From the NCBI RefSeq assembly GCF_016432865.1, contig NC_067403.1, forward strand, positions 248,310,001 through 248,374,000: a DNA stretch of 64,000 nucleotides. Direction: 5' to 3'. The notes below the pieces were generated by a model. That model saw nothing but the letters and a program-made list of their open reading frames with translations, was not told where the DNA came from and made no database searches. Source of the DNA: Antechinus flavipes. Taxonomy: Eukaryota. A program made the position numbers and the translations under genes. This document shows positions 52,157 to 62,210 of the stretch, piece after piece. The stretch's first letter is position 1; each line of letters opens with the position of its first letter.

Positions 52157-53074
52157 TTATCTTCTCATAGCTTTCCTGAAAGCATTCTTAATGTCTTTGT
52201 TCCTAAGACTATAAACCAGAGGGTTCAACATAGGGATAACCATGGTGTAGAATACTGACACCACTTTGTCTGAGTCCATTGAATGGTTTGAACTAGGTTG
52301 GAAGTACATGAACATGATTGTCCCATAAAATATAGACACTGCCGTGAGATGGGAAGCACAGGTGGAGAAGGCTTTCTGGCGGCCTTCAGCAGAACGGATC
52401 TTCAAGATGGTGATGAAAATTAGTAAGTAAGAGATAAAGATGACAAGAAGTGGAGAAGAGACAGTGAATAACCCTACTGTAAAGATTACTAACTCAGTAA
52501 TGTGAACATCAGAGCAAGAGAGAAGTAGCAGAGGGGTAATATCACAGAAAAAGTGTTCAAGTATGTTTGACCTACAAAAGGAAAGGCTAAATATCGTTCC
52601 TGCAACTATGGAGGTGGCTAACAGGCTACAGATGTAAGCACCAATGACTAGCTGCACACATACTGTTGATGTCATGGTAGTGGTATAATGTAGGGGCTTG
52701 CACACAGCTGCATGACGATCATAGGCCATGGAGGCTAAGAGGAAACTATCAGTGCAAGCAAAGGTCCCAACAAAGAATAATTGTGCTGCACATCCATTAT
52801 AGGAAATGACTTTGTCTCCTTTGAGGAGCCCAGCCATCACCTTGGGTGTAATAGCTGAGGAGTAGCCACAATCCACCAGGGAGAGGTTACTGAGGAAAAA
52901 ATACATAGGGGTATGAAGGCGGGAATCCAAGGCGATCAGAACTACTATCCCCAGGTTCCCTACCATAGTAATGAAGTAAATGAGGATGAATATTATGAAG
53001 AGAGGAACCTGAAGCTCTGGAACATCTGTTAATCCTGTAAGGATGAACTCATTCATTTTAGTTCTGTTTTCCAT
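52157..53074 (-). CDS. Olfactory receptor, class II, OR5B-like (OR-5)
   Basis: 305 aa intact ORF with all OR motifs and NRT glycosylation site; acceptor at 53103-53104. Confidence 0.97.
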   Translation of the reverse strand: MENRTKMNEFILTGLTDVPELQVPLFIIFILIYFITMVGNLGIVVLIALDSRLHTPMYFFLSNLSLVDCGYSSAITPKVMAGLLKGDKVISYNGCAAQLFFVGTFACTDSFLLASMAYDRHAAVCKPLHYTTTMTSTVCVQLVIGAYICSLLATSIVAGTIFSLSFCRSNILEHFFCDITPLLLLSCSDVHITELVIFTVGLFTVSSPLLVIFISYLLIFITILKIRSAEGRQKAFSTCASHLTAVSIFYGTIMFMYFQPSSNHSMDSDKVVSVFYTMVIPMLNPLVYSLRNKDIKNAFRKAMRR

Positions 53075-53862
53075 GAGGTCACTTGAGAGTGATGTTATTC
53101 ACCTGCAACAAAAGAATAATCATTAGAAATTTCTACTCTGTATGATGAATAACTACAAGACATAAAACATGGTCAGAAACCTATTTTATGTGAAGACCAT
53201 AATCAAGCAATTAAGAGTCCAAGGACATAAGTGGTTGTCAGAGCAGTTACTCTAAATCCCCAAAATTCATTCAGTATATTCTCTCATAGAGAGTCACTTG
53301 TATATTATTTTTCACTTTATAAAATCTACTACAAATTTGACAATCCCCAAAGTGGCATTTCTCACTTTAGGAAAGGAAGTAAATACTTAAAACTTTGTCT
53401 CATAAACTATAAAATAATAGAGAAAAGTTCATTTTTATAGCTAATATAATCAAGGATTTTCCTTAATGGGAACAATATTTAATAGAATATAAACAGCCAA
53501 TTTATAGTTAAAACATAGCAAAATTAATCTCATATATGGTACTAGAGTCATTTTGGTAATTGCAACTATTGAATCAAATACATATAGCCATAGTATATGA
53601 CCATCCTTCCCACTGATGTACTCTTCAATTTTTATACCAAAATGATATGTTTTCTGCTCAGAAATGTCTAGGTTTTGATGAATAGCACTATTTTGGAAAG
53701 AACACTTGATTAGGAGTTTGAAGACTCGGGAACTAAAATTATTTTAATATGTGCTAATTTGACTTCACAGAAATTAATCAAGTCTTCTGTACTTTGCTCA
53801 TTGGGAAAATGGGAACAGTATTTCTTCAAATGTGAAAGTCATTCAATACATGTGATGAATAT

Positions 53863-54236
53863 TGTGAAGTCCAGACTAGCTCCCTGGAGGCTTCAGGAAC
53901 AGTCAGACTTGAGATAAGTAAAAGTCCTTGGTCTTTAGAGGGAGAAGTGAAGGAGATGGACAAAATTGCCAAGAGACTCCTGGATTCTTGAGTCCAAAGT
54001 CACCACCTCTCTTCTCCTCCTGTTGGCCAAGTGAAGTCTGGCTTGTTTTACCCCACCCTCTAATCCTTGCCTATTATCTGTATACACCAAACATTGAATA
54101 AGCACTGAATAGTGATAAAGGCCATTTTTCCAAACATATGCTAATAGAGTCATTGTCTCATACTGAATAGGTAATTAGTCTTAAGTGCTCTATTGTCTGA
54201 TTCAAGCACATCTTTTAAGAGTTTCAGCCCTTTACA
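53863..54236 (-). mobile_element. Solo LTR (ERV2-like) with perfect 6-bp TSD
   Basis: Minus TGTAAAGGGCTGAAAC...GCTAGTCTGGACTTCACA; GAATAT at 53857-53862 and 54237-54242. Confidence 0.9.
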
Positions 54237-55588
54237 GAATATGTTTGCCAAAAATCAAATGCTATTGGAATAAGAGTTACCAGGATCAATAAGGAGTACT
54301 GGGGCTATACATGTGTAGTATTCTGAGAAACAAAAAGATAGAGAACAAAAAAAATAGTATATAGAGTGCTTCTACACTACAAAGTACACTACAAAGAACT
54401 TTGATCTTTGAGTCAAGATAATGAACTTAAATCCTACTTTAAGCCCTTATTAATTATACATGTCTGGGAAAGTCAAATAAGTCATTTAGCTTTGGCCTAC
54501 TTATCTTTGAAGGAGGGCAGAGTAATTTTAATGGTATTTATCTTACACAGTTGTTGGGAGATCCAAGAAAAAAAATTGATATAAAGCACTTTGCAAATAC
54601 TGAAGTGCTCTATTTATAAATAAATTGTTGTATCTGTGTCTGACCATTCCTGACCCAATTATCACACAAATGAGAGTTATCTTTGCTGACATGGATAATA
54701 CTCATCTAAACTCTGTCATAAACCTACTCCCTCAAAAATTTAATGCGGTATCTTGCACACAGTATACCCTTAATCAACATTATTAACAAGTATTCATTAA
54801 GACTACACTTTTGCCCATCCTTCAGATTACTCATTCAGTTACTGAAGAATGGTGAGATTAAAAAGCTCCATGCAATAGATAATAGTTAATATGTATAGAG
54901 CCCTTAGATGTTTGAACATGATTTCTATATATGTGATTTCATTTGAATCTAAAGATAAAACTATGAGAACAATACCATGAATATAATCACACACAACTGA
55001 TGAGGAAGAATATAGAGGGTCAAATAACATACCCACAGCAAGAGGGAATTAATGTCAGAAATAGTGATGGTCTTTATCCAGGTCTTCTTGCCTCCAGTTC
55101 CATTGATGTTCCCTCTATGGTGTTGTCTGCATGAGTGTTATAATCTAGTCTAGATTGAATATCCAAGAACCTAGCTGACTTGATTATGGAGAAAAATGGC
55201 CATCACTCCATTAATGAGAGATAGCCAAGAACTTTATATTCAAGGATAGACCTTGAAGTCCCAAGCCCAGGAATTATGTGATACTATTAGAGAAACTTTT
55301 TAGTAAATACCAGGGCAAAAAATTCATTGCTTCCTAGGGGCAGAATGGTCCCTCTTAGCCATTGTTGTAACATGGACAGCAGCAGAGTTAGCAACATCCA
55401 TCCTCCACCCTTCATTCAGCTTAGGCTCAGCAAACTGAAAAAGAGTCAGATGATTTAATGAATGACCTGAGAAATTTAACCCATAAAGTGGTACCACAGC
55501 ACTGAGTCCTATAGGACCGTGTTTCAGTGTCACTAACAAAAGTCAGGGATGAAGCATGGATTTTAATACAGATCTCGGTGCCTTTCTA

Positions 55589-55660
55589 CTCTTGGGAGAT
55601 GTGCTCCCTTGGAGATACCTAGCTACTCTGCTGCCAACTCAAGAACAAAACAAGTAATTA
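55589..55660 (-). promoter_or_regulatory. Putative OR-5 promoter cassette
   Basis: ctcttgggag (55589), ctcccttggaga (55604), tgccaa, taatta (55655). Confidence 0.6.
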
Positions 55661-55858
55661 AATTCTTTTCTCACCTTTGGGAAGAATAATTTTCTCATAG
55701 GCACTTTTTCATTCTTACAATATTGTTAACCAAAAGAGGTAGAAAGGGGACTGGAGAAGGTCATTTTCCAAATTAAGGTTCTAATCTTGCTTGCATTATC
55801 TCTTAGTGTGGTGAAAATTGTCAAATCATTGAACATCTCCAGGTCTCAGATTATTCAC

Positions 55859-56265
55859 TGTAAATTCCAGACTAGCTCTCTGGAGCTATCAGCCTGAGTC
55901 CTTGATCTTAGAAGAGGAATGAAGATGTGGGATTCATGTGGATGGTCAAACATGGAGTCCATTTATTCCAAATTCTCTCAGCTTTATATACCTTAATACC
56001 TTACATAACTATAGTGCACTGCACATGCACTAACTATATACCACACACGTGGGACCACATAAACAAGTTGCTATTGTGTATAGATGTCTCTTTGCTTGGT
56101 ATCACTCTGCTTTAGTTGCAACACAGAAGTTCTGACTTCTCAGGAAGGCCAAAAGCCCTTAGGGGAGATGGGGAGCCAAACCAGACACTGTCAACAGGGT
56201 TCCTTTTACTGGACTAAAGCGTCTTATACCTTGCCTAGAATTCCCCACTATCTGTGGCCCCTATA
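55859..56265 (-). mobile_element. 3' LTR of ERV-A (betaretrovirus-like)
   Basis: Starts TATAGGGG (TG->TA) right after the PPT and ends AATTTACA; TATATAAA (55983-55990) and AATAAA (55962-55967); U5 homologous to 24170-24311. Confidence 0.82.
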
Positions 56266-56512
56266 TTTCTCCCTTTCTTTTGTTTTAATTGAAGCAGGTG
56301 TACTTCAGTGATTAAATCCATCAACATGGGAAGAATCACACAGGCAAGTAGTAATATCACACAGGCAAGTAGTAATATAACAAATAGCATGAATAAGCAA
56401 GATTCTATAAAATACTTCCATGAATCCGAGAAGGAAGGTATAGAAAATAGCAATTAATTCCCAACTACACATACATTTCCTTCATCAGCCAAGAGATAGT
56501 CCAAAGCGAATC
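56266..56512 (-). mobile_element. env: ERV-A env TM C-terminus and polypurine tract
   Basis: ORF 56235-56453: hydrophobic anchor FIESCLFMLFVILLLACVILLLACVILP, tail EVHLLQLKQKKGRN overlapping PPT AAAAGAAAGGGAGAAA. Confidence 0.7.
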
Positions 56513-56944
56513 TGTGATGACCGCGTATTTAAAATCAGTTGGAGTCAGGAATTCAGGTTAAGGGGAAAATCTTTAATCTTTATTCTTTTTGAGGTGAAAG
56601 GGGATTGTGATAGCAATATGGGCAGCTGTGTCAAGGGCAGCCAGCAGAGATGAAGGGGGATTGAAGGTGAAAGGGGGATCGGAGATGAAGGGGGGTTGCG
56701 ATAGCAATGTGAGCAGCTGTGTCAAGACGCCAGCCAGCAGTCTCTCTTTCCACTTCCCTTTCCACTCCCCTGCCTCCACCCACCAAAATCGTCATTTCCT
56801 ATACAGCACATCAGTACTTGCACAAAGAGTGGGCAGGGGCCATTCTTTCTCCAAGCATATATATTAATAGAGTATGGTCCAATTACTATTCAGCCTCATG
56901 TGCTTGGGACCTCAATGCATCAACTCAAGCCTCAGCCCATTACA
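56513..56944 (-). mobile_element. 3' LTR of ERV-B
   Basis: Minus TGTAATGGGCTGAGGCTTG...AATAAAAG...GGTCATCACA; internal ~40-bp repeat at 56607 and 56700. Confidence 0.88.
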
Positions 56945-59193
56945 CCAATCTATTGTCCAAAACTTCATATGTCAGGGAATCCAATGATTCCTGCAGGTTT
57001 TGAAGTTGTGCATCACTCATTAACAATGATTTTTATGGTCATGGTGATGTTCTTTAGTTAATTGCCATACATAGGATTAACTGCCAGGCTCTTTAAGTGA
57101 TGGACACAGTCAGAGATGGAACCACTCAATTTTTCCTGGGTCTTCTTCTTTGTTTCAAGGGTCTTCCCTTTTTCTTTCTCTGATGAACAAGGTGGATACG
57201 GCTCATTGGCACCCTTCAGATTCCTTCTTTATCTGTAGAGACACAAGCAAACCCTGTGCCTCAAGCAGTTAACCTATCTGGTCCCTTCCATTCACCACTC
57301 TCTGGATCTTTCCACAACACCTGGCAATTATCTAAAGATATTGGCACTGCTTGCACTGGATACTGCCCTTCCAGTGGGTTATGAAACCTGTCTGCCAGAG
57401 CCAGGGCATCTTCATAAAAAAATCAAAAAATTAATAGTATAAAGGAATGAGTTTGGAAGTTCTCTAGGGTTACCTGTGGCTCCCCCTTTCTTTTGTTTTT
57501 GGAGAAGCATCTTAATGTCTCTGTTTCTCTTCTCTACTATTGCTTGTCCATGAGGTTTGAAGGGTATGTCAGTGGTGTGTGAAATCTGATACTGGGCACA
57601 AAAGTGTGAGAAATATTTAGAAGTATATGCAAGATCCACTATCTGTTTTTATTGCTTGTGGCATACCCATAACTGCAAAGGCCTGTCTCTTTTGTTTCTG
57701 GTATTGCAAAAGTAAATCCTGGAAAGATATCCATAGCAACATGGATAAAAGAGAGATGACGAAAAGATTTAAATTGGGTGACATCCATTTCCTAACTTTC
57801 ACTGGGTCTCAAACTACGACGGTTCTTCCCTGGAGGGAACATAGGAGCATGGAAAGGAAGGCAAGCTATATAGGCCTTTACTATGCTCCTAGCTTCCTCT
57901 TTTGTTATTTCAACCTGCAGATGTAAAGCTCGATCAGCCTGATGATATTTAGAATGAGAGTCTTGGGCTGTGTGAAATGTTGGCTAACATGGTGAAAGGT
58001 AATCTGCCCTTGAATTTCCATAAAAAATAGGACTTGGAGTCCCATATGAGAGTAGACATGCAAGATATAAATCTTACCTGATACTTTCTCACTTAAACCT
58101 GAAGTTCCTTAAAAAGTTGAAATATGTTAGAGGCTACAAATTTTATTTGGGCTGTGGTAATTCTTTGTAACACCTACTGAATAGGCTGAATCAGATACAT
58201 CTCCTGGATAATAAGTAAGAGCTACCATAATTGCATACAACTCATTTTGCTGAGTAGACTGCAAGGAAGTTCTGACTACTCTTTTTATAGCTAAGTTAGG
58301 AGAATATACAGCACAAATATTATGTTTGGACACATCTGTAAAGATGGTTGATCCTTTAAGAGGGATCTTAGAAATGTTTTCTTCAAAAATCAATGTCCAA
58401 TTATGTAATACCTGAGTTATCTTTAAGGGGGACCCATGTTTAAATTTTATGAGCTGTGGCCCATAAAATTTGCCACTCTGGGATGGTTTCACAGCATATG
58501 TTAATTTGTGCATTAGTATAGAAGGTGTATATCTTGTCAGGTCATATCCCAGATAATTGTATTTATCACTCAATGGCCTTTAATAAGATTCTAGCCACAA
58601 GCACTGGGTAAAGAATAAGGCTTTGGTTTGGTTGTGCTTGAAGAGTCACCCATTCAATCACACTGTCTCCTTGATGAAAGACTGCTGTAGGTGCCTGTTT
58701 TGTAGGAAAAATTGATATTTCCAAGGGTGTTTGAGTGACTATTTCCACCACATTGGATAAAGCCAGTTCAATCTTTCTCAAAGCTTCTTGGCCTTCTTTT
58801 GTAAGATGGCGGGGCAAGTCTAAAGCAGTATTTCCCCTTAAAATGTCATATAATGGTTGTAATTGATAAGTAGTTAAGCCTGACACTGGACACATCCATT
58901 GAATATCTCATATCAGTTTCTGAAAGTCATTTAAGTTGTATTTTTGTTCCATAAGTACCTTGAGCTATAGCGGATATCCTAAATTTTGAAAAGGAGCATG
59001 CCTTTGAATTTTTATGGGGGGGGGGGATGACATACAATCAGTAGTTCTTTAGTGTTTCTATAGTCTTTTGTAGACATGCTTCTAACATTTGCTCCTCAGG
59101 TGCACATCCCAAGATATCATACATGTAATGTAATAACATAACTTTTGGAAATTCTTTTCTTACTGGAGTAAGAGCAGCAGCTATCTACATTTG
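56945..59193 (-). mobile_element. pol: ERV-B pol remnant (RT 3' half, RNase H, integrase), class II, env-less, many stops and frameshifts
   Basis: LHYMYDILG (YMDD->YMYD, ~59110-59135), LTTYQLQPLYDILRG, TIFTDVSK/STQQNELYAI/SDSAYSVG, HSKYHQ, PQAIKTD, PHGQAIVEKRN, WKGPDRL. Confidence 0.92.
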
Positions 59194-60928
59194 TTCTTAT
59201 TTGTTTTGTGATTTGATTTATCTAAATCTGAGAGTGCAATATTGAGATCTCCCACTATTATAGTTTTGCTGTCTATTTCTTCTCGCAACTCTCTTAGCTT
59301 CTCTTTAAGGAAGTTAGATGCTATACCACTTGGTGCATATATGTTTAATACTGATATTGCTTCATTGTCTATAGTACCCTTAAGCAAATATAGTTTCCTT
59401 CCTTATCTCTTTTAATTAGATCAATCTTTGCTTTTGCTTGATCTGAGATAAGGATGGCTACCCCTGCTTTTTTGACTTCACCTGAAGCATAATAGATTCT
59501 GCTCCAGCCTTTTACCTTTAATCTGTATGTATCTCCCTGTTTTAAATGTGTTATCTGTAAACAACAGATTGTAGGGTTCTGACTTTTGATCCAGTCTGCT
59601 ATCCGCCTCCTCTTTATGGGAGAGTTCATCCCATTCACATTTGCGGTTAAAATAACCAATTCTGCATTTCCTGCCATCCTAATATCCCCAGATTATACTT
59701 TTCTTTTTCTTGCCCTTCTTCCCTTCTTCCCTATTGGTCCCACTAACGTCGCACAGCTCTCCCTCTTTAGTATCCCTCCCTGCTCCCTTTGAATCCCTTC
59801 CCTTTTCTTGTACACTTCCCTTATTACTCTTTTTCCTTCTCCCTTTTCCTCTCCCACTTTTTAATGAGGTGAGAGAAGAGTCTGTGTAAAACAAATATGT
59901 CAATTGTTTCTTCTTTGAGCCAACTCTGATGAGAGTAGGATTCACACAACATTCCTCCCCCCTCTAAGTTCCCTCATATATGATAGGTTTCCTTTGCCTC
60001 ATTGTCGCATGTAGTTTCCCTTTTTTTAATCTCCCTTCTTCCTTTTTTCTGACACTATCCCCTTTCCATTTCTACTTCCCTTTTTCATGTTATATCTGTA
60101 AAATCAAATTATACATATGGTCTTTATGTATGTTCACAGCAGAAATACAGTTCTCAAGAGTTCCTTTTACCTTTTTCTACTTCTCTTGATTCCTGTTGTT
60201 GAAGATCAATTTTTTTGTTTAAGTCTGGTTTTTTCCTTCGAAACAGATGGAATTCCTCTATTTCATTAAATGTCCATCTTCTTCCGTGGAAAAAAATACT
60301 CAGCTTAGCTAGATGTTTATTCTTGGCTGCATTCCAAATTCTTTTGCCTTTGGGAATATCTGATTCCAGGCCCTTCGATCCTTTAATGTTGAGGCAGCCA
60401 GATCTTGCGTGACCCTTATTGTGGCATCTCGGTATTTGAACTGTTTTTTCCTGGCTGCTTGTAAAATTTTTTCTTTAGTCTGGAAATTCTGAAGTTTGGC
60501 CACAATATTCCTTGGAGTCTTTATTTTAGGGTCTTTTTCAGAAGGTATTCAATGAATTCTTTCAACGCCTATTTTCCCTTCCGGTTCTATTACTTCTGGG
60601 CAGTTCTCTTTGATGATTTCCTGTAAAATAGTATCTAGGCTCTTTTTTTCATCATAATTTTCTGGTAGTCCGATGATCCTCAGGTTATCTCTCCTAGATC
60701 TATTTTCCAGGTCTGTTATTTTTCCAAGTAAATATTTGACATTTTTTTCCAATCTTTCATTTTTTGGGTGGTTTGCTTGACTGATTCTTGATGTCTCAAT
60801 GAATCAGTCATTTCTATTTGTTCAGTTCTAATTTTTAGTGAGTTATTTTCTTCATTAGCTTTTTTTACTTCTTTTTGTATATGTCCAATTGAGTTGTTTT
60901 GCTCTATGGAATTTTTTTCCATTTCACT

Positions 60929-60964
<36 letters not shown>

Positions 60965-62210
60965 TGAGTCATTTGCTTTTTCCAATTCGCAAACTCTGTT
61001 TCCCTGCACTTCTTGGGAGTTTTTTTTTTTACCTTTTCCAATTCACATTTCAGGAAGTTGTTTTCTTTTTCCATTTTATCAAATTTTTCTTTTAGTGAGT
61101 TATGTGCCTTTCCCCATTTCTCTTCTAGCTCTCTTTTAAGGTTTTTAATAGTCTCTTCTAGGAGAGCCTTTTGTTTTGGAGACCAACAATCATCTGGAGA
61201 CTGTCTGCTATTAGTCTCTTCAGGGTTGAAAAGCTGTTCTCTTTCTGTGTAGAAACTATCAATCGTTCTTTTGATTTTTTTACTCATTTTGTTAAAGCCT
61301 GTAAGGTCTGCCTTCAGAGCCAGGAGGTTACCAGGTTCCTCTGCAGAGCAGTGAAAGGTATATGGACCGGTAGCTGTCCTGCCTACCGGCTACAAAAAGC
61401 AGCGAGGTACTGGAGTGCTCTGGGAAAGAGTTTCCCACCCGAAAGTAACTCAGGCCCGCAGGGCCGGGCTGGGAAAGTGCCTTTCAAAGAAAGTCAGCTG
61501 TGTGAGATAACAACTGCCCTGGGGCTAGACACTTAGCAGTGAGAGTTTCACTGCCCCAAGCCAAACCCTGCCCTGGGGCTGTGGGTATTAGCAGCTGAGC
61601 AGAGAATGGATTTGCAGGGACAGGAAGTGTCTGCCCGGGAAGCTCAGTCAGCTGGGGGGGTTCTATTGCCCCAGGCCGAGCCCCCCACTCTGCAGATTAG
61701 AGGCTGCCCAGGCTGTGCCCCCTTACTGTGCAGGTTAGTATCTGCCCCCGCAAAAGCCCCGGACTGCCGGATGTGGCCACAGGGCTGCAGTAAAGTCTGC
61801 CTGAGTCACTTCCGGGTTTGAGGGGTTACAGCCAGATCTCGTTAGGTTCTGGTGTTTTTTAGAGGACCCTCTGTTTTAGGCTTTAACTTCTCTGCCAGTT
61901 TACTGCTTTGTAATCAAGGTAGAGCAGTTAGCCTAGAGCAGAGTGGTCCCTATAACTTCTCTAGCCACAGAGATCACCCCCGCCCCTGGTCTGCTCAGGA
62001 CGCTAGCCTCTCGCTGCCTGTGCTAGTCTGTTCCTGGCCCCTCAGGACAAATCTTTCCTGGCGAGCTTCCGGATCGGCTGGTAAGTTGTAGTGCTTCTCC
62101 TCTTCATGAATTTAAGCAGTGAAGAGCTATTTTTGAGGCTGGATTAAATAGTTGGTTATGAGAGTAATGAGAGGAGTTTAGAGAGTCGTGTGTGCCTGCT
62201 CAGCCATCTT
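59194..62210 (-). mobile_element. 3'-truncated L1: CpG-rich 5'UTR, frameshifted ORF1, spacer, ORF2 endonuclease
   Basis: AAGATGGC at 62210; ORF1 pieces 60961-61287, 60716-61009, 60549-60752 (DLENRSRRDNLRIIGLPE), 60309-60503; EN 59369-59677 and 59181-59387 (NIYAP, IVGDLN). Confidence 0.95.

Noticed and set aside
59181-59387. In-frame L1 endonuclease-retroviral RT fusion protein
   Set aside because: The L1 frame stops four codons after the junction and the RT frame is shifted; catalytic motifs are mutated.
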